Below are positions 40,735 through 51,147 of a stretch of DNA of 64,000 nucleotides, piece by piece. Each line of letters opens with the position of its first letter. Position 1 is the stretch's first letter. The translations under genes and the position numbers were made by a program. The stretch is taken from the NCBI GenBank assembly GCA_027485675.1, contig JAIXQP010000047.1, positions 24,659 through 88,658 of the forward strand, read 5' to 3'. A model generated the notes under the pieces. The model was not told the origin of the DNA and ran no database searches. It saw only the letters and a program-made list of their open reading frames with translations. The stretch is from Terriglobales bacterium. GTDB taxonomy: Bacteria > Acidobacteriota > Terriglobia > Bryobacterales > Bryobacteraceae.

Positions 40735-42025
40735 CGGAAGTTTTCTTCTTCGGCGCCAGCAGATCCCGTTCGGTGGTGCCGGGCTTAACGGCGACATCGA
40801 AGAAGCCAATCATCATCTCTTCCCAGCTCTGTTCGCCGAAGCGGACCGCCTTGGTGGCATCGGGATTGGCTTTGTTGTTGGCCGAGTTGTCGAAGTGGGC
40901 GATCGCCTGCAGCTTGGTTCCCTTGGGCAGGATCTTCTCGCCGGCCGGTTCATAGATCAACTGCCAGCTGAAGTCATAGCGAGGAACCCGCAGCAGAATC
41001 TCCGACTCGCCCGTCGGATACGTGGCGCGATACTCGAAATCCTTACCGCGGAGGTGCATGTGCGGCATCAGCGCCGAGAGCTTGGCATCCTCATGGAGCA
41101 CGAGTTCGGCCTTCACCTCGTGGTTGGCGGCATGGGGCGGAATCTCGAAGCGGCTATTCTGGACAGCGAGCGTGAGCACCTGTTCCTTGGGGGCCTGCTT
41201 GGCGTAGATGATGCCAATCTTCGAGGCGTCCGTCTGCTCCTTACCGTTGGCGGTGTAGTGCATCTGCATCACAATGTCCGAACCGGCGGGGACCAGGCGG
41301 GCCTTGCCGGGTTCGAGGATCTGGGGCGGCATGCCGGGGGCATAGGCGGTGAGCCACTGGCCACCGAAGGCGCTCTCACGTTGCTCCTGGCCGCGGGCGT
41401 TGATGGTGACCGGGGGGACAAAGGGTTCGCCCGGCTTGGCGTCCTTCAGCCAGCGGCTACCCGGGGGGCGAATGAAGGCGATGACGTGGTGGAGAACGGC
41501 GCGATTGCCCGGACGGACCTCGGCCCGTTCCACCCAGACGTCTTCCTTGTTGCCGAGCGGCATGATGTAGTATGTGTACTCGACGGTGCCCTGGGCCGGG
41601 ACGGTGAAGGGCTTCGGCATCTCGAGGAGTTTATCGGGGGTGCCAATGTTCCAGCCATCGAGGAAGGAGACCGCTTTGGGGGCGTCCTTGGGATTGCCCT
41701 CCTTGGCGCCGGTGTCGGCCCAGGCGGTGAGGGTATCGATTTCGGCCTGGGTCATGGACTTGTCGTTAGAGAATTTTCCGAAGTGGGGGTCGGCGTGCCA
41801 TGGGGGCATCCGGCGCGTGGAAGCGGCTTCCTTGATGGCCTTGGCGAAGGGGCGGGTGGACTTGTAGGTGAGAAAGGACATGGGAGCGGCCTCGCCGGGG
41901 CGGTGGCAGCTCTGACAATTCTTTTGCAAAACGGGCAGGACGTCTTTGTGGAACGTCACTTGCTTGGGAACGGGTGCCGCCACAATGGCGGAGACGGCGA
42001 AAAGGAAGAGAATGAGAGTTCGCAT
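40727..42025 (-). CDS. Secreted mono-haem cytochrome-c domain fused to a PHM/DBH-like copper monooxygenase fold
   Basis: 432 aa. Signal peptide MRTLILFLFAVSAIVAAP. C37QSCH41 plus MPPW. Then H179H180, H256, H322xH324 and EEM404 with spacing like type II ascorbate-dependent Cu monooxygenases. Confidence 0.7.
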   Translation of the reverse strand: MRTLILFLFAVSAIVAAPVPKQVTFHKDVLPVLQKNCQSCHRPGEAAPMSFLTYKSTRPFAKAIKEAASTRRMPPWHADPHFGKFSNDKSMTQAEIDTLTAWADTGAKEGNPKDAPKAVSFLDGWNIGTPDKLLEMPKPFTVPAQGTVEYTYYIMPLGNKEDVWVERAEVRPGNRAVLHHVIAFIRPPGSRWLKDAKPGEPFVPPVTINARGQEQRESAFGGQWLTAYAPGMPPQILEPGKARLVPAGSDIVMQMHYTANGKEQTDASKIGIIYAKQAPKEQVLTLAVQNSRFEIPPHAANHEVKAELVLHEDAKLSALMPHMHLRGKDFEYRATYPTGESEILLRVPRYDFSWQLIYEPAGEKILPKGTKLQAIAHFDNSANNKANPDATKAVRFGEQSWEEMMIGFFDVAVKPGTTERDLLAPKKKTSGD

Positions 42026-42089
42026 ATTCGGACGCTACTTCTTAATCATACGGATTCCTGGCAGGGATCGTTCTCCCTAAAAATATAAT

Positions 42090-42116
42090 TAACGCATCGG
42101 ATCGTTCGTCCGATAG
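42090..42116 (+). promoter_or_regulatory. Candidate sigma-28 (FliA)-type promoter for flgM
   Basis: TAAC (42090-42093), 15-nt spacer, TCCGATAG (42109-42116), compared with the enteric consensus TAAA-N15-GCCGATAA. A perfect TATAAT also sits at 42084-42089. This is the only AT-rich intergenic region in the window. Confidence 0.3.
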
Positions 42117-42157
42117 AGGCAAGTAAGGCGCATTAGGTATCCGATTCGAGGTGAACT

Positions 42158-42481
42158 ATGAAAATCAATGACGTGTACACCAGTTCGCAGGCGGCAGCGA
42201 CCTACCAGAGCCAGACGCAGAAGACCGAGGCGGCGCAGAGTGTCTCTGCGTCGAAAGTTGGTGCAAACAAAAGCAGTGGCGGTTCGGATGAAGTGAACCT
42301 GTCGAGTTTGGCCAATGTTTTGCAGGATGCGATTACGGAGTCTCCGGAGAAAACGGCCTATTTGGAGAAGTTAGCGGCGCAGTATGCGGCGGGCACCTAT
42401 CAGGCGGATCCGCAGGCGGTAGCGAAGTCCCTGATTGGGGAGACCTTGGCCGATAAGACGGGTGGCAAGGGCGGTATCTAG
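42158..42481 (+). CDS. flgM: Anti-sigma-28 factor FlgM
   Basis: 107 aa, Ser/Gln/Ala-rich and probably disordered. C-terminal KLAAQYAAGTYQADPQAVAKSLI is FlgM-like. Sits upstream of flgK/flgL. GAGGTG RBS. Confidence 0.7.
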   Translation: MKINDVYTSSQAAATYQSQTQKTEAAQSVSASKVGANKSSGGSDEVNLSSLANVLQDAITESPEKTAYLEKLAAQYAAGTYQADPQAVAKSLIGETLADKTGGKGGI

Positions 42482-42501
42482 CGGAACGCCGGAGGTTGTA
42501 T

Positions 42502-42867
42502 ATGAGTGATTTGCAGGATCCCAAATTGACACGGGTTCCCGATTTGGAACCGGTAGTCCAGGATTTGTCCCATTTCGAGACGGCTTCGGCGTTGCTGCAT
42601 TTGGAGACGGCGCTGGGAGCGTTGAGTGGGTTGGCGGGGGAACTGGAGCAAGGGAAACGGATGGACCCCATGCAACAACGGGCGACAGAACGGGCGTTGT
42701 TGATTTTTCAGGAGCAGCTGCGGGTAGCGCACGTGCTGACGCGGCAGGGCTTGGCCTATTGCCGGAACTGGTCGGATTCCCTGATGCCCCCGGCGGATTC
42801 CTACGGGAGCCAGGGCCAGGAGCGGGCCAAGGAACTCGACGTGCATGGTGTGAGGCTGGACGGATAG
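42502..42867 (+). CDS. Putative FlgN-like flagellar export chaperone (assigned by position)
   Basis: ATG 42502 lies 6 nt after the GGAGG RBS (42491-42495). About 121 aa, helical, located between flgM and flgK as in flgM-flgN-flgK-flgL clusters. No diagnostic motif seen. Confidence 0.4.
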   Translation: MSDLQDPKLTRVPDLEPVVQDLSHFETASALLHLETALGALSGLAGELEQGKRMDPMQQRATERALLIFQEQLRVAHVLTRQGLAYCRNWSDSLMPPADSYGSQGQERAKELDVHGVRLDG

Positions 42868-42868
42868 C

Positions 42869-44233
42869 ATGGGCAGCATTTCGACAGCGATGGTTTCGAC
42901 CGCCGAAGCGATGCGGGTCATTCAGCGCCAGGTGACCGTGGTGCAGAACAACATCGTGAACGCTTCGACGCCGAACTATGCCCGCCTCGATCAGGCGACG
43001 CTGGCGAATCGATTTAATCCGGACTCGGAATCGACGTCGGGCGGGATCAGCGCGGCGCCGCTGATTTCCGGGCGCGACCGGTTTCTGGAGACGGCGGTGT
43101 GGGAGCGGCAGACGGCGGCGGGGTACTCGGACCAGTCGCTCACTAGTCTGCGGGCGATTGAGTCGGCGATTCCGGTGACGGCGGACAGTGGAATCCCCGC
43201 CGCGCTGGACAACTTCTACAGCAGCGCCGCGCAATTGGCGCTGGCGCCCAACTCGGAACTGGCGCGCCAAGGGGTGCTCGATCGCGCTCAGGCGGCGGCG
43301 CGGGCGTTCAATCAAGCGGCAAACGAATTCGGTACGCTCACGACGCGGGCGGGCACGGAACTGACGAATACGGTGCGGCAGGTGAATACCGTTGCCGCCG
43401 AAATTGCGGCCATCAACGCCGAACGGAAGAGCAATTTTCGCAACGTGACGGACGCCGGACTCGACGCCCGTCTGCACACGGCGCTCGAGAAACTCTCTGG
43501 CCTTGTCGATCACAACTCGCTCACGCAAGAGGATGGGTCGGTGGTCGTCTTCGTCTCGGGTCAGGCGCCGCTTGTGGTTGGGGAGCAGGCTTACCCCTTA
43601 ACTACCGCTTTTGATAACGTCGAATACCGGCTGGTGGACGGGCGGGGCGAGGATGTCACCCGGACGGTTACTACCGGTAAACTCGGCGCTCTGCTCGAGG
43701 TGCGCAACTCGACGCTACCCGGCTACAGCGCCCAACTCGATACCCTCGCGCGGGGATTTGCCGACCAGGTGAACGGGATCCTGGCCGGGGGCTTGGCGCA
43801 GAACGGGTTGCCGCCCACGCAGAATCTGTTCACCTACGACGCCACCGCGGGTGCGGCGGCGACTTTGGCCGTCACCGGCATCACAGGTGCCGAGCTGGCC
43901 GCAGCCGGAGCAGGGGAGCCCGGCGGCAACGCCAATGCGAATGCGCTGGCGCAGCTTTCGAATCGGCCTGCCATTGGCGGGTTGACGCTGGCGCAATACT
44001 ATGGCGCCATGGCCTCTACGCTCGGCACGCGCCTTGACTCCGTGCGTGGCCGGAACTCGTCCGACCAGCAGCTCCTGCTCCAAGCCCGAACGCTGCGCCA
44101 GGAGGCTACCGGGGTGTCGGTGGACCAGGAGGCGGCGAAGCTGCTGGAATACCAGCGCGGCTTTCAAGCCGTGGGGCAGGTGATGGGCGTACTGAACGAG
44201 CTCTCGCAAACCCTCCTCAACATGTTGCAGTAG
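42869..44233 (+). CDS. flgK: Flagellar hook-associated protein 1
   Basis: 454 aa. N-terminal ISTAMVSTAEAMRVIQRQVTVVQNNIVNASTPNYAR and C-terminal VSVDQEAAKLLEYQRGFQAVGQVM are flagellar rod/hook-family terminal motifs. Confidence 0.85.
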   Translation: MGSISTAMVSTAEAMRVIQRQVTVVQNNIVNASTPNYARLDQATLANRFNPDSESTSGGISAAPLISGRDRFLETAVWERQTAAGYSDQSLTSLRAIESAIPVTADSGIPAALDNFYSSAAQLALAPNSELARQGVLDRAQAAARAFNQAANEFGTLTTRAGTELTNTVRQVNTVAAEIAAINAERKSNFRNVTDAGLDARLHTALEKLSGLVDHNSLTQEDGSVVVFVSGQAPLVVGEQAYPLTTAFDNVEYRLVDGRGEDVTRTVTTGKLGALLEVRNSTLPGYSAQLDTLARGFADQVNGILAGGLAQNGLPPTQNLFTYDATAGAAATLAVTGITGAELAAAGAGEPGGNANANALAQLSNRPAIGGLTLAQYYGAMASTLGTRLDSVRGRNSSDQQLLLQARTLRQEATGVSVDQEAAKLLEYQRGFQAVGQVMGVLNELSQTLLNMLQ

Positions 44234-44247
44234 CGGGAGACCCTATC

Positions 44248-45153
44248 ATGATCAACAACCTCAACACGCGCGATGAACAGTTCCTGTCGAGTCTGAACCG
44301 GATTCAGGCCCGGATTGACCGGGCGACGGCGCAGGTGTCGAGCGGGCTTCGCATCACCACGGCTTCGGACGCGCCGGACGAGATTGGACCGCTGCTGCAG
44401 AGCCGGGCCGAACTCGCGGTCACCGAGCAGACGCGATCCAACCTGAACCGCGTAAAGGGAGAGGTGGACTCAGCGGAAAACGCATTGCGGAGTGTCATTG
44501 AACTGGCCGAGCGAGCGAGGGTGCTCGGCGCGCAGGGGCAGACCGGCACCCAAACCGCGGTCACCCGGACGACGATTGCGGCCGAGTTGGAGGGGGTCTT
44601 TCGCCAGATTGTCGGAGCTGCGAACTCCAACTTTGAAGGCCGGTTCCTGTTTGCCGGCAACAACGATCAACAGCAACCTTACACGGTCGATTTCGCCCAG
44701 CCCAATGGCGTTACCGCCTATACCGGAACCGCAGCGACTCGGACCGTGCCTGATGCCAATGGCGTGCTGATCCCCATTGGCCGCAGTGGGCAGGAGATCT
44801 TTGACTCATCCACCCCGGGCGCTAGCCTCTTCGGAGCCATCAACGCCTTGCGGAACGGCCTTTTGGCGAACGACGAAGCGGCCTTAGCGGTGGCCAACGA
44901 AAATCTCGGCTCCGCTCTCGATCACGTCAATACCCAGCTGACCCGGTACGGTCACACCCAGAATGACGTTGCATCCGCGATTGAGATCGCCTCCAAGCGA
45001 AGCCTGGATCTAAAGACGAAGATCTCGACAATCGAAAACGCGGACTTGGCGGACGCTATCCTCGAACTGCAAACCGGACAGACGGCGCGGCAAGCGTCCC
45101 TGCAAGCCAGAGGGCAGCAGGACCGCCGGACGCTCTTCGATTTCCTGCGCTAG
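44248..45153 (+). CDS. flgL: Flagellar hook-associated protein 3 (flagellin-family)
   Basis: 301 aa. N-terminal LNRIQARIDRATAQVSSGLRITTASDAPD and C-terminal DLADAILELQTGQTARQASLQA are flagellin N/C-type helices. Confidence 0.8.
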   Translation: MINNLNTRDEQFLSSLNRIQARIDRATAQVSSGLRITTASDAPDEIGPLLQSRAELAVTEQTRSNLNRVKGEVDSAENALRSVIELAERARVLGAQGQTGTQTAVTRTTIAAELEGVFRQIVGAANSNFEGRFLFAGNNDQQQPYTVDFAQPNGVTAYTGTAATRTVPDANGVLIPIGRSGQEIFDSSTPGASLFGAINALRNGLLANDEAALAVANENLGSALDHVNTQLTRYGHTQNDVASAIEIASKRSLDLKTKISTIENADLADAILELQTGQTARQASLQARGQQDRRTLFDFLR

Positions 45154-45162
45154 CCAGCCCGG

Positions 45163-45570
45163 TTAACGGCCAAATGTGGCTGCCGCAGCCACACGCGCCC
45201 GAGCCCGTTCGGCGGCAGCCAAGGCGCGCGGAATATCCATCTCCCCGCTCTCCTTCAACCGCCGCTCCGCCCGTGCGAGGGCCGCTTCGGCCCGCTTCAG
45301 GTCGATTTCGTTCGGATTCTCCGCCACCGTGGCCAGCACCCGGACGCCGGTCGGCAACACTTCCATCCAACCGCCGCCCACAACCACGGAGCGCTTGGCG
45401 CCGCCTACCGTGTAGCTCAACATGCCCGGAGCCAGCTCCGTCAGCAACGGCGCATGGTCCGGGAGAATCCCGAGATAGCCATTGCGGCCCGGCGCTTCCG
45501 CGTCGGTCACCTGCTCGCGGACAATCAGGCGATCCGGAGTCGCTACTTCGAGTTCGAACGTCGCCGCCAT
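45163..45570 (-). CDS. atpC: F1 ATP synthase epsilon subunit
   Basis: 135 aa. FELEVATPDRLIVREQVTDAEAPGRNGYLGILPDHAPLLTEL. Confidence 0.9.
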   Translation of the reverse strand: MAATFELEVATPDRLIVREQVTDAEAPGRNGYLGILPDHAPLLTELAPGMLSYTVGGAKRSVVVGGGWMEVLPTGVRVLATVAENPNEIDLKRAEAALARAERRLKESGEMDIPRALAAAERARARVAAAATFGR

Positions 45571-45578
45571 AAGATTTC

Positions 45579-47051
<1,473 letters not shown>

Positions 47052-47061
47052 CTAAAAATCT

Positions 47062-47925
<864 letters not shown>

Positions 47926-47931
47926 GGCGGC

Positions 47932-49443
47932 TTATTTCTTGTCGGCTAGGAAACGGGTCTTGAACTCGGCGAGCGCCGCGTCCATCTTCTTCTTCAGGTC
48001 GTCGCTGAGGGCCTTCTTCTCCCGGATTTCGGTGAGAATGCCGGGGTGGGCGTTCTCGATGAAGGGATAGAGACCGGCTTCGAACTTCCGGCAATCGGTC
48101 ACCGGCAGATCGTCCAGGACGCCGCTGGTGCCGGCGTAGATGATCAAAACCTGCTTTTCGACGGGCAGCGGCTGGAACTGGGCCTGCTTCAGAATCTCCG
48201 TCAGGCGCTGGCCGCGATTGAGCTGCTTCTGCGAGGCGGGGTCGAGTTCCGAGCCGAACTGCGCGAAGGCCGCCAAGGCGCGGTACTGAGCGAGTTCGAG
48301 ACGGAGCGAGCCAGCCACCTGGCGCATGGCCTTGATTTGCGCGGCGCCGCCGACGCGGGAGACCGAGATACCAACGTTGATGGCCGGACGGATGTTCGAG
48401 TTGAACAGGTCGGCTTCGAGGAAGATCTGACCGTCGGTGATCGAAATCACGTTCGTCGGAATGTAGGCCGAAACGTCGCCGGCTTGGGTTTCAATGAACG
48501 GCAGCGCGGTGAGCGAACCGCCGGACTTCAGCTTCGAGGCGCGCTCGAGCAAGCGGCTGTGGAGGTAGAACACGTCGCCGGGATACGCTTCGCGGCCCGG
48601 AGGACGGCGGAGCAGCAGCGAGATTTCGCGGTAAGCGGCGGCGTGCTTGGACAAGTCGTCATAAATGACGAGCACATGCTGGCCGCGGTCGCGGAAGAAC
48701 TCGCCCATGGCGCAGCCGGAGAACGGCGCGAGGTACTGCATCGGGGCGGGGTCGGAGGCGGTAGCCGCGACGACGATGGTGTAGTCCATCGCGCCATTGT
48801 CTTCGAGGGTCTTGACGACCTGGGCCACCGTCGAGCGCTTCTGGCCGATCGCGACGTAGATACAGATGACGTCGCCGCCCTTCTGGTTAATGATCGTGTC
48901 GAGGGCGATGGCGGTCTTACCGGTCTGGCGGTCACCGATGATCAACTCGCGCTGGCCGCGGCCGATCGGGATCATGCCGTCGATGGCTTTGATACCCGTC
49001 TGCATCGGCTCGTTCACGGGCGAACGGTCGATCACGCCGGGAGCCAGACGTTCGATGGGGTTGAAGCTGGTGGTCGCGATGGGACCCTTGCCGTCAATGG
49101 CCGTGCCATTGGCATCGACCACACGGCCGATGAGAGCATCGCCCACCGGCACGGACATGATGCGCCCGGTGCGGCGGACCTCGGTGCCTTCGCTGATGGT
49201 GTGCGACTCGCCCATCAACACCGCGCCAACGTTGTCCTCTTCGAGGTTCAGCGCGATGCCGGTGACGCCGCCGGGGAACTCAATGAGTTCGCCGGCCATG
49301 ACCAGTTCCAGGCCATGGATACGCGCGATGCCGTCGCCCACCGAGATGACGGTACCGGTTTCGGTGACGCTGACCGCCTTATCGTAGTTTTCAATTTCTT
49401 CGCGCAGTACCCGCGCGATCTCATCTGCCCGAATTTGAGCCAT
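47932..49443 (-). CDS. atpA: F1 ATP synthase alpha subunit
   Basis: 503 aa. Walker [10 protein letters not shown], and typical alpha-subunit motifs. Confidence 0.97.
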   Translation of the reverse strand: MAQIRADEIARVLREEIENYDKAVSVTETGTVISVGDGIARIHGLELVMAGELIEFPGGVTGIALNLEEDNVGAVLMGESHTISEGTEVRRTGRIMSVPVGDALIGRVVDANGTAIDGKGPIATTSFNPIERLAPGVIDRSPVNEPMQTGIKAIDGMIPIGRGQRELIIGDRQTGKTAIALDTIINQKGGDVICIYVAIGQKRSTVAQVVKTLEDNGAMDYTIVVAATASDPAPMQYLAPFSGCAMGEFFRDRGQHVLVIYDDLSKHAAAYREISLLLRRPPGREAYPGDVFYLHSRLLERASKLKSGGSLTALPFIETQAGDVSAYIPTNVISITDGQIFLEADLFNSNIRPAINVGISVSRVGGAAQIKAMRQVAGSLRLELAQYRALAAFAQFGSELDPASQKQLNRGQRLTEILKQAQFQPLPVEKQVLIIYAGTSGVLDDLPVTDCRKFEAGLYPFIENAHPGILTEIREKKALSDDLKKKMDAALAEFKTRFLADKK

Positions 49444-49468
49444 AGTTTCCGTGAGAGAGTATCAAAAA

Positions 49469-50017
49469 TTAGGAACGTACCAGACGGGCGCGCAGCGAAT
49501 CCAGTTGACCGCGCACCGACCCGTCATAAACCCGTGAACCAACTCGCGCGGTGACGCCGCCGAGCAGAGATTCGTCAACCGCATACTGGCCGAGAACCTG
49601 TTTGCCAGTGAGTTTGGCAAGTGCGGCTTGCACTTGCGCCTGCTGTTCGGCGTCGAGCGGCCGCGCCGAAGTGATCTGCGCGCGGGCGATGCCCATGCGC
49701 TCGTCGAGTTGGGATTCGATCGAACCGATCACCTCCGGCAACATCGCGATGCGCCGGTGGTCGATCAAAACGAAAATGAAATTCTTGATGAGACTCGAAA
49801 GCGAGACCATCGGAGCCAGGCGCTCGACGACAGCTTTCTTCCGCGCGGCGCCTACCGCCGGGGACGTCAAAATATTGCGCAGATCGGTCGAATCCTGTTG
49901 CAGCGAATGGAAGAGCCGGAGTTGGGCCAACGCAAGATCCGGCGTGAGTCCGGGAGCGGGGCTCATCAGGATATCGACCAACGCGCGGGCGTAGCGGGAG
50001 GCGACGGCAAGAGACAT
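49469..50017 (-). CDS. atpH: F1 ATP synthase delta (OSCP) subunit
   Basis: 182 aa. SRYARALVD opening and DESLLGGVTARVGSRVYDGSVRGQL ending, typical of delta. Confidence 0.85.
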   Translation of the reverse strand: MSLAVASRYARALVDILMSPAPGLTPDLALAQLRLFHSLQQDSTDLRNILTSPAVGAARKKAVVERLAPMVSLSSLIKNFIFVLIDHRRIAMLPEVIGSIESQLDERMGIARAQITSARPLDAEQQAQVQAALAKLTGKQVLGQYAVDESLLGGVTARVGSRVYDGSVRGQLDSLRARLVRS

Positions 50018-50021
50018 AGGC

Positions 50022-50609
50022 CTAGCTGTTCAATCCTTTCAGGAAGCCGTTGATGAGACCGGCGTCGACCTGGGAATTGAGGCGGCCACGGAGCTGACCT
50101 TCGGCCGTTTCGAGGGCCAGTTTCGCGGCATACTGCCGGAGTTCGGCCTGCGCTTGCTTGGCAGCGGCCTCGATTTCCACCGCCGTGTGATGCTTCATCT
50201 TCGCGATGGCCTCTTCGCCTTCCTTCCGGACGCGAGCCTCTTCGGCGGCCATTTCCGCGGCGGCGCTCGAACGGATGGACGCGATCTCACCTTCCAAATT
50301 CTTCAGACGCGCTTCGATGGATGCCACCTTGGCCTCCGATTCCTTCTGCATGGTGGCGGCGTCGGCCAGCCCTTTTTGGATCTCGGCGGTGCGCCCGGCG
50401 AAAAACGGAGGCGCCATCTTCCCAATCAGGTAGCCCAGGCCGGCGACCAGCATCACAAAATTCGCGATCTTCCACTTCAACAGCGGATCGCCTTCGGAGT
50501 GCTCGGCGCCATGGCTCTCGCCCTGACCGGCCGCATGGCTATCCGCGCCATGTTCCTGCGCGACGAGAAGCGCTCCCAACAAAACGAAGCCAAGAAGGAG
50601 ACGGCGCAT
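50022..50609 (-). CDS. atpF: Fo ATP synthase b-type subunit with His-rich N-terminal extension
   Basis: From ATG 50609: MRRLLLGFVLLGALLVAQEHGADSHAAGQGESHGAEHSEGDPLLKWKIANFVMLVAGLGYLIGK, followed by a long charged coiled coil. The track start at 50696 would overlap the b' gene. Confidence 0.75.
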   Translation of the reverse strand: MRRLLLGFVLLGALLVAQEHGADSHAAGQGESHGAEHSEGDPLLKWKIANFVMLVAGLGYLIGKMAPPFFAGRTAEIQKGLADAATMQKESEAKVASIEARLKNLEGEIASIRSSAAAEMAAEEARVRKEGEEAIAKMKHHTAVEIEAAAKQAQAELRQYAAKLALETAEGQLRGRLNSQVDAGLINGFLKGLNS

Positions 50610-50610
50610 G

Positions 50611-51057
50611 TTAAGCGGTCCTCCGGAGGATGCTCGCGGTAATCGTCTCCGCAATCGCTTCCGTTTCCCCAAGCAGACCCTGGCGGGCGGAGGCAACCTG
50701 CGCGACCACGTCAGCTTTAGCCTCGGCCAGCTTCGTTTCGGCGGCTTTGCGCTCTTCGGCGAAGCGGGCGGACATCTCTTCGGCGAGAGCTTTGCGCTTT
50801 TCTTCGTTCAACTTATAGATTTCCGTACGGGCCTTCGTAATGGCGGCTTCGTACTCGGCGGCCTTCTGTTCGGCCCGAGAGACAGCTTCCGCTGCTTTCT
50901 TCCGGGCGCCGACGGTTGCGTCGTAGCGCTCCTTCAGCAGCTTTTCCATGGGCAGGAAGAACGTACTCTTCAGGAAAAAGTGGAGAAGGAGAACCAGAAA
51001 AAACGTCGGTAATCCTCGGATGATGATGTTGTAGAGCGCGTCTAACGTGGCGTCCAT
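50611..51057 (-). CDS. Fo ATP synthase b-type subunit (b' paralog)
   Basis: 148 aa. One TM helix (LPTFFLVLLLHFFL) followed by an Ala/Glu/Lys coiled coil. Stop lies 1 nt before the next b-type gene start. Confidence 0.7.
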   Translation of the reverse strand: MDATLDALYNIIIRGLPTFFLVLLLHFFLKSTFFLPMEKLLKERYDATVGARKKAAEAVSRAEQKAAEYEAAITKARTEIYKLNEEKRKALAEEMSARFAEERKAAETKLAEAKADVVAQVASARQGLLGETEAIAETITASILRRTA

Positions 51058-51106
51058 GAGAGAAGGCTACCTTATACAGTAACATACCTCTCATCGGAAA
51101 GGAGAC

Positions 51107-51132
51107 CCGGAATTCCTGTTTAACCGGAATTC
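51107..51132. repeat. Two direct copies of CCGGAATTC with 17-nt period, upstream of the atp sub-operon
   Basis: CCGGAATTC at 51107-51115 and 51124-51132, in the 90-nt gap between the DUF1501 stop (51148) and the b' start (51057). Each copy contains a palindromic GAATTC core. Confidence 0.6.
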
Positions 51133-51147
51133 ATGCGGAAGAGTCGG

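Noticed and set aside
42059-42074. TGGCAG...GTTC resembling a sigma-54 -24/-12 promoter upstream of flgM.
   Set aside because: The GG-N10-GC spacing is not met: the -12 position reads TC, not GC. A single partial match is not supportable.
45175-45193. TGTGGCTGC-C-GCAGCCACA palindrome just beyond the flgL stop.
   Set aside because: It lies inside the atpC coding sequence (encoding the Ala-rich C-terminus). It would leave a 1-nt loop unless shortened. A role as a bidirectional terminator for flgL is possible but cannot be supported from sequence alone.
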